DNA of 60,927 bases, the filler included, from Hydrolagus affinis (taxonomy: Eukaryota): the NCBI GenBank assembly GCA_012026655.1. It is 5 parts of 5 records of this genome, joined end to end, with 100 filler letters (N's around TTAATTAATTAA, not from the genome) between each part and the next. Parts side by side here need not be neighbours in the genome. Positions count along the whole stretch, not along the records: positions 27,087 to 39,972 come from JAAILG010021275.1; positions 40,073 to 50,785 come from JAAILG010024810.1; 3 more parts are not named here. One strand, written 5' to 3'. Shown in pieces: positions 35,891 through 48,499 of the stretch. The position numbers and the translations under genes were made by a program. A model generated the notes under the pieces. It ran no database searches. It was not told where the DNA came from and saw nothing but the letters and a program-made list of their open reading frames with translations. Numbering within the stretch: position 1 is the stretch's first letter; each line of letters begins with the position of its first letter.

Positions 35891-36721
35891 TACGCACATA
35901 ATGTTGTTGCTTCTGTTGTGGTTCTTTTACGATATAGCTGAATGCTTACTGATGTACTGGGCTGACACTCTAGTTCATGCCTGAGGAGTGTCTAGAATGT
36001 CAGAGAAGCTGATCGGTTGATCAGTTGATCATTCTGTTGATCGGTTAAGCAGAGGTCCAGTCTGCTTGTAACAAGGGACGATGATGATTCCATGTCACTT
36101 CTTGAGCAAGAACAAGGGTTTCTCCTGATTACTGGGCAGACATTCCATCAGCACAATTGTTTGTTCACCTCTCAGATGATTGAGGGAACACTGTGTTACA
36201 TGAACTGACTGCTGAAATTGCTAAACACACAATCTCAGCCCTCGAGAGGAAAACCTGTGTGGAGCTTTGAGACGCTTCCATGAAATGTCCTGTTAATAAT
36301 GTATGCAAGCAATATTGAAGATACATAAATGCTTCTAGGGTCATTTCTATCGATTCAATTCCCTTAAAAATCAATAAAAATTAATATTAAAATTAATGAT
36401 AGCTATATTTGCTTCCATTAAATGTAGCAACACATTACGCCATTCAGATGATTCAAAGGGATTGAAAGAATATACTGAAATCTCCAGTCACTTCCTATCT
36501 TGTGGGCTAAACGAACGTTGCTAGTAGTCGATTGGGGGAATGAATGTCACACAAGCAAACATACAGGAAATGAGATGTCAGTGGAGGCGTCACCGAGAAT
36601 ATATTTATAACCTACACAGTTAGCGGCACTCGACAAACATTCATGAACGTTTGTCAGCAGTTAGCTGTTGTCTACTTGCATTTCACCAGGAGATTCTAAC
36701 ATGAATCGACGAGGATTGAGA

Positions 36722-37175
36722 ATGAAGCCAATTTACCAAGCATCATGTATTATTTTTAATTCCGTTAGTTAGCTCTACTGTAAGTAGAGTGTGAGTTAGT
36801 ACAAAATCATCGTTGTTTTCCTGTTAAATAACGACAAGTTTTGTGGCAGACATTTCCGTATTTCTTTCCAACAAGGTTCGTTATATTCCCCAGGTGTCGT
36901 GGCTGAAAACGAAGTATCACAGAGTTCTCAGGTCATTACATGGAATGAAAATGCAAATGTATCCATAGATTGCAACACGACTCTGCCCAGCCCAGCCTTC
37001 CAATGGTACAATCAGTATAGAAACGGCCCCAAAAGGTTACTGGTGTTGGGAAAAAGAGAGGTAAAGCGGAGGAGAGGATAAGTTCTTTGGCTAATGGAAA
37101 AGAGAAGAACAGCACACTGACAATCAAAGACGTGAGGGTGACAGACACAGCCACTTACTTCTGTGCAGCACAGAG
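36722..37175 (+). pseudogene. TCR V pseudogene E (compact family)
   Basis: Leader 36722-36779 with in-frame TAG at 36770-36772; V exon from 36894 with a 1-nt deletion near 37066; RSS intact, CACAGTG (37176) + 23 + ACAAAAACA (37206-37214). Confidence 0.88.
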
Positions 37176-37319
37176 CACAGTGCCGCGTGTCTAAGAGGAG
37201 CCTGTACAAAAACATGCTGAGGTTACTGTAGCTCAACATTCAGATCACTCGCCTCGTAAACAAGACGAACTGAGTTTGATTCGCCTCAGAGCGACAAAAT
37301 AGACGTGATGCCTTATTCC

Positions 37320-37354
<35 letters not shown>

Positions 37355-38424
37355 AACACACGCAGATACTTACATAGCATTAAGTATGAATACAGTTATA
37401 CGTCGATTGGCGGATCGCTTTCGTGGGGATAATTATACATTTAAATAAATGTTCCTCTTCAGTCGATGACTGTTTGTGGGAAACTACTTGTGGCTGCCAC
37501 ATTTAGCGGGAAACATACACAGTCATTCCACATCACTGTACAACCAGTAGAGATTTAGTAGCATCTAGAAGACGCGATTAGTTCCAAATACTCCTTGAGC
37601 TCTGCGGTTAGAGCACTCACCTTACAAGCGTGAGACCAGGCTGATCAGGGAGAAACCTTGGGCGAGCTTCATTACCCTAATCGCCCAATAACAATCCGGC
37701 AGAAAAATAAACAACAATAATAAATATTGGTCATTTTCAACCCAGGACTCTTCGTGGGACACTGCTGTGTGCAACCAGCTGCCGCGTTTCGCCCACAAAT
37801 ATACAATCAATTCACTTTACTACATACAAACAAGAAAAACTGCAAAATTCAGCCGAAGGGACGTGGACGCGAAAGGTCGACTCATTTCCCTATCTCGATT
37901 GATGCTTCTGACCTCCTGCGTTTTCCCAGCAACTTCTATTTTCGTTTCACTTTACGATATTCACGAAGAAGCGCATTGGGACGTTAACATGATCTCAAAA
38001 GCACTATATCAAATGCTATGATTAGCATTATAGGGGTTTCTCTGCCGAGAAGTAAGCTGGATTTTGGTTGGTAATCCATTGGTGGATGGCCTTCGATCCA
38101 TTAATGTTTGCAAGAGGATGTGATGTGGAATTATCTGGTGCAAAATAAACCATCGGTAGAATTTAAGTTACATCAATTCAAACGTTTAGAGGCTCTTCCA
38201 TAATAAGCTGCTTTAGCAAATACATTCCCACATACAGTACAAAGTTTGATCTGAATACTCACAAGCATCTGGATGGCTTTCCCAATGCTTCAGACCCACG
38301 GTTTGCAAATGGTAATGTTAATACATGAAGCTGAAGTCAGCGAATTAAAATGCATAGAAACTATCTTGCACGCACGAGTTATACTAGAAAAATGTGTGTT
38401 TATCGCGCAAACCCAGAAGCTTGG

Positions 38425-38500
38425 AACGGAAACGGGGCAGGAAGGCAAATTTCAACTAACTGGGGCTGAGACATCTGAGAAACTGCTGACGTCACGTGGC
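38425..38500 (+). promoter_or_regulatory. Conserved upstream module of the RHYP-family V genes (Ets GGAA sites, E-box CATCTG, full CRE TGACGTCA at 38487-38494)
   Basis: Homologous block at about 30775-30845 upstream of V-C. A CCAAT-containing block (gaaccaatggaggagcgagatggcagagc) recurs near 39130 and 56360, with variants near 30910 and 51575. Confidence 0.55.
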
Positions 38501-39360
38501 TCCTCCCCGTTGGCTTTGAACACCCCCACCCACCCCACCCCCACCAACACCACCCAACTCCCACCCAAAGGATTGTTTCACATCTTTACCAAATTGCCAG
38601 CTGCCCTCGTGGATGTGAAACCATCACCGATTAGTTCACTATCTAGCCCTGTGTACATACTCAGAGGAATCCCCTGAATACCTTGTCCAACTTGATACAT
38701 CACTAATCGCTTCATACTACATTGTAAAATATTGTGACTCGGCGATTTGCAGGCGAATTCAGGCTGCCAAATGTGTACAGCTATGTCACGCAAACAGTTG
38801 TGGATTCAATAGCTTATTTTATGAGTGATTAGTAACAACGAAACACAACCAGATCAATCGAGAAATAACCGAACTGCTACTGTTAGTTGGGCAAACAGAA
38901 TTGGGTGGGTAGAGTAAGGAAACTTATCCAAGATTTCGCCCTACAAGAATCTAACACAGACATGTTGCTTGTGGGGTGAGTGTCGACACCACTAAGCTAT
39001 ACGAATCCACAGATAGTACAGTTGCGTGAATATCATGTATGTGTTTGAACGAATTGTAACTGAATTATTGGGGTAAGTTGGTGTATGTGTCAGACACCTG
39101 GTTGATCAAAGACATGTCAGTGTTGGAGGAGAACCAATGGAGGAGCGAGATGGCAGAGCAGAGGAAATGACGCCAAATGACATAGACAAACGTGGTTATA
39201 CATAAATGTCAGACCTGCTCACTCAGTGTATAGCAACTACTGTATGTCAATCACTATTTAGCGCTCCTCACGAGGCCTTACGAGGAACACTTGGCTCCCA
39301 GACAACATTCTCCAACTACACTATCAACGCTCTCCCTGCAAACCGTGCCATTAAATACAC

Positions 39361-39972
39361 ATGACAATGTATATCTATGTGGCAGCAGCCATCATCACCT
39401 TGTCAGGTAAGCTTTCTATCTGTATTTGTTTCCGAAAATATTATCCAACACCTACGTTTTATCGCCTAAGTTATATAATAATACAAAAAGAGCTTGAGGA
39501 GCTGGAGTGTTCATTATTTCAGTGTTTATAGGACTGGCTTCACAGCCGAGAGGCTGAATCGATTCCCTGGTAGAACAGGGAGAAACGTTACACAAACAAC
39601 ATTGATTTTGCAAATTTTATTCTGTGAATTGAATGGAGCCATATCATCCATTTAATAAGGTGGCGTATGATACTCAAGGAGAAGATTAGAATTGTTCTTG
39701 TGGTACTGAATGATGATACGTTTCTGGTTTGCAGGACTTTGTGGAGGAGACTCTGTGACACCGCTCGAATCTACTGTGACAGTGAATGAAGGAGAATATG
39801 TCTATCTGCTGTGTAATTATACAGCCACAAGCGGAGACGATCCATATATGTTCTGGTACCGTCACTATCCCAACAAAGCTCCAGAATATATCCTTTACGT
39901 ATACACCAGCAACAACAAGGAATATCCTGCAGAATTTGCAAAAGAACGTTTCTCAACTAACTTGGATAAAGC
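39361..39972 (+). CDS. TCR V segment F (RHYP family), 3' end lost in the gap
   Basis: Leader 39361-39406 MTMYIYVAAAIITLSG|GTAAGC; V exon from 39735 LCGGDSVTPLES...LLCNYT...FWYRHYP...RFSTNLDK then Ns. Confidence 0.88.
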
Positions 39973-40072
39973 NNNNNNNNNNNNNNNNNNNNNNNNNNNN
40001 NNNNNNNNNNNNNNNNTTAATTAATTAANNNNNNNNNNNNNNNNNNNNNNNNNNNNNNNNNNNNNNNNNNNN
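39973..40072. other. Assembly gap placeholder
   Basis: 44 N + linker + 44 N. Confidence 0.97.
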
Positions 40073-41310
40073 TTTGATATCGTGGCTTTTCGAATCTAAT
40101 CGACGTCTCAAAGCGCTTCACTGAATATACTCTAAAGTGAATTGATGGTAGACTTGTGGGCGAAACGCGCCAGCCAATTATGCACAGCAGCGTCCCACAA
40201 ATAATCTTGGTTTGAAATGACCAATTTTATTATTGTGATTGTTAACTTGTTACAAATTCTCCCTGAAAAGAAATTGGCTGATTGACTAGCAACTGGCGGC
40301 CAATTTTGTGCTCGGCAAAGAGAGGAATTTGGAAGACGGAATCTTGCCCATTGTTTCGCCATGATGGTTATCAAACTAGTATTGCTCTCAACGAAACCTT
40401 TCTCGTAAAAATGCAGTCTATTCTCTTTAGAGTATGCTCAATGAAGCGATTTGAGATGTCGATAAGATGTAAAACGCGCTACAACAAATGCAAGATTTAT
40501 ACCTATTTTATCATAACCCTGTCTCACATTCCATTCTACAAAGATGCAGTTTGACTTGTTGAGTGTTCCCAGCGATTGCAGTATTTGTTCCCGTTTAAAT
40601 TATGTTTCACTCACAGAACATTAAGCACAACACAATATGTCGCTGTGTATAATCAACATCCATTGGGATCACTGGCTCGAAATTATTTTGCCAAAAGAGC
40701 AAAGCCATTGCGAAAGTGAGACATCTCAAAAAAGCTGCACATGATACTGTATGATATCTGAAAGAGGGACATTTAAAAGTGCTGCACAAGATATAATGTG
40801 ATGTTTATTTCTGTCTGTCAACTCGCAGACAACTCACTTTACAGTATATTCACTGACACACGTTTAGACATCCAGCAACAGCAACGAATAATTACAGTTT
40901 TACAGCGTTTTTCACGTCAGGTGAACGTGCCAAGACGCTGCATAGTTACTGCTTCAGACCCGAGCTTAGCGGAGGTGGTGATGTAGGGAGGAGAGGCGGG
41001 GGTGGCGGAGGAGTTCGGATGGATCCATCGAAGAGGAGAGACTTGGGGCGAGACTCGAAGAAGGCCAGGGAGATATGATAATGCGCCCATAACCAAAACT
41101 AAAGATGATTATTGCTAATGTTTCTTCCACTCTTTCTCTATACATTCTTTCACTTGTTCGCCTGTGGTTGGAAACGTAGTTACGCGTTTCCTCTGAGAGT
41201 CATAGCAACAAACGTAGGAGTCGTTAAACAGGTCAACCGTCAGCATTGCCATCTGTGCTGTGATTAAACCCATTAATTCCCTTTGCAGGTTTATGTTCGG
41301 TGGTGTAGAG

Positions 41311-41547
41311 TGTATTTGTACGAGTCCCAGACTGGTTCGCATCACTGTGTCGACGCAGAGCACAGTAATACACAGCGCTTTCAGACAGCTCCAGCTGGGA
41401 GATAGTTAAAGTGCTGAGTTTTGTCGAGGTTATAAACACATATACAAATCAACGGTTTTGAAAACTGTTCAATGACTACTGTTACACAATGTTACCTATT
41501 AAAATGGCAATCAGGTGCAAATGCCCATTGTGTCTCCATATCGCCAT
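41311..41547 (-). pseudogene. TCR V pseudogene G: leader plus FR3 end only (internal deletion), intact RSS
   Basis: Leader 41547-41496 MAIWRHNGHLHLIAILIG|GTAACA; about 60 nt later ITSTKLSTLTISQLELSESAVYYCALRR; RSS CACAGTG (41349-41343) + 23 + ACAAATACA (41319-41311). Confidence 0.8.
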
Positions 41548-43299
41548 CACTCACTCCAAAATCGTGATGTTTTGTGGTACGGTAAATGGTGTTGATCTGA
41601 GATATGCAGCTCTGAGGCACGTGACGCTTGATCGCGATGACCTCACTTCCTAATCCTGTGACGTGGACATCAACTGATCAGTGTGCTGTCGATGTTAATA
41701 AGTCACAGATCATCCTCTGGGGAAAGGGATGGGGGAACGAATCTTAATTGATCTAATGCAGTTTGGCGACAGGCGACGTTTAAGAATAATAATACTTTTG
41801 GTATTTGGTATTACATTCTGTTTTAACGATGAAATACATATTCCACACAATATAATGTCAAGTTTAGTGACATTAGTCCATATTTATATGTAGTCATGAT
41901 ATTATTTGGAATGATTTAATGGTGAGGAAGCGCACAGTAGTGTCCAACAAACAGTCATGGCTGGGGGATTTGGGGAAAAGGGGGTAAAATGGCAAGGGGA
42001 GGGGTCGGGCTCGGACGAAGGAGAGCGCGACTCGAAAGTTTGACTCAATTTTTCGTTCTCCATAGTTGCTGCCTGACCTGCTGATTGTTCCCAGCCATTA
42101 TTGATTTTGTTTCAGATTTTCAGCCTCTGCAATATTTTGCGTGTTTATTCAGGCAGAATATATTCATTCGGTTTCACCTAGTTGGTCACACATATTGTGT
42201 AGCTATTACTGAATATAATCGGCTACGATTTAAGCGCTCGAGACATCGTCTGGCATGGAGGACGCTAAGTAGATGCAAGTTGTTGTTCGTGATCTGTATA
42301 TTCATGTCACTTGTGGTCAGCCTCATCTTGGATGTATGTGGACAGCCATGGTTACGCTTAAGCGTATCCATACTAGACAGAGCATTCCATTCATACCATC
42401 ATTCCTATGGGCTAACTCAACAATTATTAATCCGCTTGATATGATGCCTTTAGAATCCAATACCTCAGAGTTTAGAGCGCTCACACGGCAAGCGAGACAT
42501 GGGTTTGCCTCAGAGGAAGACAAAGGTTGGACAAGCTGATTTACTCCTGTGTTGATGCCTCTGTTTAATTAGCATTAAATAGTAACCCGGTTGTTAGTCG
42601 ATTGGCCAATCACTGATTAGGCATTGTTAACCAATCAATATATAACAATGATTAGGTCACTCAATTTAAAATTGTTCATGGAACACTGGTATGCAAAATT
42701 GGCTGCTGCGCTTCGCTCATAACAATTACAGCCAATTCACATTGTTGTGTATTTTATGTACCGTTCTGGTGGGTATCGAAGACGTAACCAGTCGCTATTC
42801 TAAGCAAAAGGATTATTATTGTTGTGCACATGGCTTCGAGACATCTCAAAATACTTCGCAAAATACGTGTATCGACTATAATTCTTTTAATGTGATGTGA
42901 AGTCAAAAAATCAACACAGTGCATTGGCGCACTCCACTGGTCAACGTATGTTAGTTCAGCTCTGTCTTCATATTTGCTGTAAAACGTGACATAGTGCAAT
43001 GATAGAAATAATAATGTGTTGTACATTCCAGTGTCTTATGCCAGTCCGAGTATAATAAAACACTTGCCTACCAGTCGTAGATTTTGATCCTCCAATATAT
43101 AGTATTGTTGATGATAATAATCCTTTCATGTGATACAGTGCCTAATCACATCTTCACGATATGTCAAAGCGAATCGCACTATCTACTGTGAAGTGAATTA
43201 ACTCTAAATTTGATGGGAGATACACCGCAGCCAATTGTGCAGAATACTGACAAGCAAACTGTCAGGGATTGACACACTATTTACTATTGTTCATTTCGA

Positions 43300-44250
43300 A
43301 ACTGGGAAGAGGCGAAGGTGTTGAGTCAGGCAATTACAGAGCCTCGGGCACAGTGACTGAAGACACGGCCACCGATGGTGGAGCGGAGGTTTCAGGGGAC
43401 ATAGCGGAGGCCAGACCCAGAGGAGAGAAGGCAGTGTGTGCTTGTTTGGGAGGTGAGGGGGGACGAGATCAGAGAGATAGGGGATGCAGAGATAGGACTG
43501 AATTGAAAACAAGGATGAGGATCTTGAAGTCGATCCTGTCTGGGATAGGGAGCCAATGAAGTCTGGCGACGACTGGGGTAATGAGGGAACGAAGCTTAGA
43601 GCAGGTGAGTGTGCGGGCGGCAGAGTTCTGGATTAGCTGCATTTTTTGGATTGTGGTAGAGTGGAGACCGGAGAGGAGGGCATTGCAATAGTACTGCCGA
43701 GAGGTGGCAAAGGCGTGGACCAACATTATATCGGCTTTTGGGATAAGGTACTGCCGGAGTCGGGCGATACTTCGAATGTTGTAGAAGGCAGTGTTGGTAA
43801 CGGAGCGGATGTGGAGGAGGAAGGACAGTTGGGAATCGAAACTAACGCCTAGGTTGCGCACAGGTTCAACAACAATAACAACAACAATTTAAACTTAAAG
43901 AGCGCCTTTCACGTCGGGAGGACATCCCAAGGCGATGCACAGGAGGCGTGTGACACGAGCTGGGAGTGGAGTGTTCGGGAAGGGGTGAAACACGTATGGG
44001 AGGTCGAAAAGTTCGGGGGGGAACAAAATGCACTGTCGAAGAGGAAAGTCTTCAAACCGGCCTTGACAGAGGAAAGGGAAGAAACAAGGCGGAGGGATTG
44101 GGGGATGAAATTCCATAGGGTGGGAGCGGAGAAACTGAAGGCCCAGCCTCCGATAGTGAGGCTGTTCGGGCGGGGGGCTTGGAGCAGGCCAAGTCCGGCC
44201 AAGGTTCGGAGAGATTTAGGGGCAGGCCGGGAAGGTGCCCCTAAACCACC
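43300..44250 (-). mobile_element. L2-type LINE RT C-terminal/3' fragments (two adjacent pieces)
   Basis: RNLGVSFDSQLSF..HIRSVTNTAFYNIRSIARLR..LVHAFATSR.YYCNALLSGL...LHWLPI..RIDFKIL is a typical L2 ORF2 end. Confidence 0.85.
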
Positions 44251-45254
44251 ACACAGTATGTCGCGAACCACATCTCTCCCCTCCCACCCCGCCACACTAC
44301 GATGCCGTATCTCACTTCCCCCCACCCAACCAAAATAAATCTCGTACACCCATAGCTCCCACCTCCACCCATAGCTACCACACTTCCCATAGCTTCCACC
44401 CTCATCCGAATCTCGGGGGCAAAGAAGGAATTTCTTGTGCCTTGCGAAGTCCTCACCAAATTGAAGACAAAATGTTCCTGTCCGGCCTAACGGACGAAAA
44501 ATCTACACAATTCATTGTATTTGTTGTTGATATAAATGGCGCCAGATAAGTGAACATATTTTAGTTGTGAAGTGACTTAACTCTGCGTACATAGGGGAGC
44601 TTGACAGCCAAATGACACTGTTCATGTTCACTGATACAGTTGTTAATGAAACCAACCAACAGAACACGCTAGACATGTGTAACTCCCTTTACTACGGAAA
44701 GTCTAGAAGACGTCAAAAGCGCTCTATCAAATGCAATGATTAATATTATTATTAGTACTATTGTCTGTCGGTGACATAGTTTGTGTAATAATAAGGATAG
44801 TAATTCCTTCATTTGATATAGCGAATTATAACTTCTTAAATACACCACAATTCTCTTCAGATCTTCTGAACGTCTAAAGGAGCTTCGCCGAATATACTAT
44901 CAAGGGAATTGGCTGTAGAGTTGCCGATGAATTCCGGCAGTAAACTTCGCACAGCATGGTCCCTCAAACAGTGTTGAATAACAGCGAATTATTAATGATT
45001 ATGTTTCTTGTAGGATTATTATCTTGTGTGTGGAGTAAGGAAATTTGTTCAAGGATTCAGAATGCTGATGTGGCTAAATGCCAAAATCACACATCATTTG
45101 AAAGGCAAACTAATTGCAAGACGAGTGCATCTTCCTGAAATCAGTGGCGAACGTCCGAAGCTTTTCACTATCAAACAATGTGCAATTTGATTGATTTTTT
45201 TTTTTATCATTCCCTATTCTGTAACCCCATCTTCCCCATCCTCGCCCGAATCCA

Positions 45255-45680
45255 TTGACTCCTCATCATCCAGAGGATCAAACCAAGGTACAGTTCCTCA
45301 CATTTAAAGCCTTTCGGTACCTCGCCTCACCCTATATACATGACCTCCTATGCCCTTATCAACTTGCGCATCTCCACCGCTCATCATGCTGTGGACTGCT
45401 CTTCATCCCTCGACCCATCTGCCCAACTAATAGCAGGCGAACTTTTAGCCACTCTGTCCCACACCTCTGGAACGGCATACCGAAGTCTCTCCGCCTCGTC
45501 CCTTCTCCAGCCTCCTGCAGATCTCGACTGAAGACTCGCCTCTTCGATGGAACCATTGGCAACTCCTATTCCTGCCCTTCCATTATTTTGCTCCCACCCA
45601 CCCGTCCTCAGCTCGGCTGTGAAGCAGTAACTGCCCAGCGAATGGGAATGTCCGCCTGATGAGAACGGCGCTGTACAAAT
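45255..45680 (+). mobile_element. L2-type LINE 3' fragment
   Basis: KVQFLTFKAFRYLASPYIHDLL.PYQ...FSHSVPHLWNGIPKSLRL remnant. Confidence 0.75.
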
Positions 45681-46176
45681 TCATTTTTGTTGCTGCCGTT
45701 TTTCGTTACACAGCTCCTTTACTGCGTTATAGTTGGCTGTTTCATTTTGGAAGAAGGTTGAAACAAATTTAGGAGCTGGAGGTGATGATTTGGAGGGGTC
45801 TGTGCATTCTTCCAAAATACTACTGCAATTCTTGCTTGTTACACTGTTGACTATTGGTCCAAAGATGGAACAAATGGAAAGAAACATGGTATTTGCAAAC
45901 TGAATTAAATAAATAGCGGCTGGACCTGTAGCGCCCAACTCGTTCACTAATTACTGTCTGCATTTATTGTAACGTATAATGTTCTGAGAGTTTAGCTGAC
46001 CAGCTGACGGGAGGGGAATGTGGTTTCCTCTGAGTCTGGCTGCTGAAGTGTCTGCTCCCCGCAGGGCATCAAGACCTGTCCAAAATTCCGCACAATTTTC
46101 AAACAGACGGATCGTTCCCAATGTTTAATATGAAGACAGTTTTTGTTCGAGCCCTGCAGTGTAGTCAACCACAGTG

Positions 46177-46955
46177 GTGCGACTAATGGCACAGTGATGC
46201 ACTGCGCTGTCAGATACCAGCAGCTCAGAGATCGATAAACTGGTGGAAGAACTAGATTTCTGTAGCTGAGCAGAGAAACGGTTTCCAAATCCTGTTGCTT
46301 TGACTTGATCGTTATTCTGAGAATATCTCTGGACTACAAACTCTGTGTATTTGTCTGGGTAATATCTGTACCAGAAGAGAAAATAATAGCTAGTAGTCGT
46401 GGAGTAGTTGCAAACCAAATCGACAGTATCTCCTTCTTTCTTAACCACCGTGGCAGCTTTCTGACTGACAGAATCGGCGTCACAGAGTTCTGTAATAAAC
46501 GAGGGATAGCATAGCTAAACATTCGGAGAATCATACGGTAAAAAATGAGGCCATTCGGTCCATCGAGTCTGTTTCGGCTCTTTGAAAAGAGCAATTCAAT
46601 CCCACTCCCCAGCTCTCTCCCCATAACTGTGCATACTGCCCTCCACAAATAAACATCTACTTCCCTTTTAAAATATATTGTTAGATCCGCCAAACCTACC
46701 GTTTCAGGCAATGCATTCCAGCTCCCAAAAACGGGATGAATGAAAACACGTTTCCTCAACTCCCCTGTACTTCTATTAGAAACTATTAGATCACCTCAAT
46801 TGTGGTCTGGTTGCTCTGCCAACTCAGCTTCAGATCTCTCTCCAAAAATTGTTGTTGAAATGGAGCTGATAATCAGCAGCGACACTGAATTAGCTCAACA
46901 CGACCTCACCTGCCGTAATGGTTCCCAGCACTAGACAGACAGCAAACAGCCTCAT
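46177..46955 (-). CDS. TCR alpha/delta V segment H, open frame, inverted
   Basis: Leader 46955-46910 MRLFAVCLVLGTITA|GTGAGG; V exon from 46489 LCDADSVSQKAATVVKKEGDTVDLVCNYS...FWYRYYP...SAVHHCAISR; RSS CACTGTG (46176-46170) + 23 + ACAAAAACT (46146-46138). The intron contains a CR1-like tail. Confidence 0.88.
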
Positions 46956-48050
46956 TGCTGCTCCTCAGCCTTCGCTGTTGTGTCGGTGACATCAGTTTGC
47001 TGGTATCCAACAGCAATATGCGTCATTGGCAGATCCCACAATCCCACGTCACCTAATTGACATCTCAATTGCTTTAACATTGTGCATTACTCCATTACTG
47101 TCTGTGTTATTGCGGCGTGGGCGGGTGGGAGGTGGGGAGCAGGGAATCCTCCCACTCAGCTCCTGGCAACCTTACAATCAAAACTTACAAATATACAGTC
47201 AATTCACTTAACAGTATATATTTCGTGAAGCACTTTGCGAAATAGACAATCGGTGAAAAGCGCTATTTTGCCTTTATAATCAAATGCAAGAAGTATTCAT
47301 ATTATTTTAATCCAATAAATGATGGTCTTGAACATCGGATTAGTTTATGTATACACAAATGGATAAAGCGTTTTTAATTTCACTCGAAGTAATGTCAAAC
47401 ACTTCCTCCATCTTATAGCTCAATGGCGGTTAGCACTTTTATGTAATAGATTCATAGATTCATAGCATTTTACGGCACAAAAGGAGGCCATTCGGCCCAT
47501 CTAGTCTGTGCCGGCTCTTTGAAAAGAGCGATTCAGTCCCACTGCCCTGCCCGCTCCCCATAGCCTAATAGATCTGTTCTCCCTAAATAAATATCTAATT
47601 CCCTTTTAAAAGTTGTTATAGAATCAGCCTCCAGCACGTTTTCAGACAATGCATTCCAGATTCGAACAACACGCTGAGTGAAATATTCTCCTCAGCTACC
47701 TCTTAAACTTCTGAAAGTTGTAAAATTACATTTATAATCCATTCTAAGTCCTTCATTCATCCCCAGTGTTGTTTCGCAAATTACTTATTTCCAGAAACAG
47801 CAGTTTTATATTAATAATTCTGTACTTTGTTATAGTATGTTTAAATAATTCCCTACATTAAGCCATGTGATTTTCTGTGGCCCTTGTTTTATTGCATGTA
47901 GTTGGGAATTGATCATGTGATTCCTCTGAGAGTCACAGCGGAAAATTCAAGTAGATCAAATGACAGGAATGACATCTGTGCTGTGATTAAACCCATTAAC
48001 TCCTCTTTGTAGGTTTATGTACGGTGGAGTAGCCTGAAGATAACACTGTG

Positions 48051-48499
48051 CGAGTGATGCCACAATAGTATGTGGCTGCATCAGATAGAGCCGCAGCCAG
48101 CACAGTTACAGTGGATGTCTTTCTGCTCGTGTCCAAGCTAGTGGTGAAAAGACCTTCAGCAAATTCAGCTCTGAAAGTTTCCCCATCATGATCATGTCTC
48201 AGTGTGTACAGAGGAGGCTGCCCTGGATACTGACGGTACCAGTACATCCAAACACCGGTGAAACCAGCAGAGTAGGTCAATCTCAGGGTCACAGTCTGGC
48301 CTTCAGTGACAGACACTTCCCTCTGCGATGGTTCAATATTATCTGCATTCGCAGTCGCTGTAGAAATAAAGAACAGTTTATTTACTGTAACGCACACACT
48401 AGAGGTAAATCTCCAAAATGTCTTCGGAGCAAGAGTAAATTATTTACATAAAAGGACCAATAATATTGAAATGAGCAAAGCAATGTGTTTACTCTCCAT
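48051..48499 (-). CDS. TCR V segment I, open frame but first conserved Cys replaced by Leu, inverted
   Basis: Leader 48499-48448 MESKHIALLISILLVLL|GTAAAT; V exon from 48357 TANADNIEPSQREVSVTEGQTVTLRLTYS...MYWYRQYP...ATYYCGITR; RSS CACAGTG (48050-48044) + 23 + ACATAAACC (48020-48012). Confidence 0.87.
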
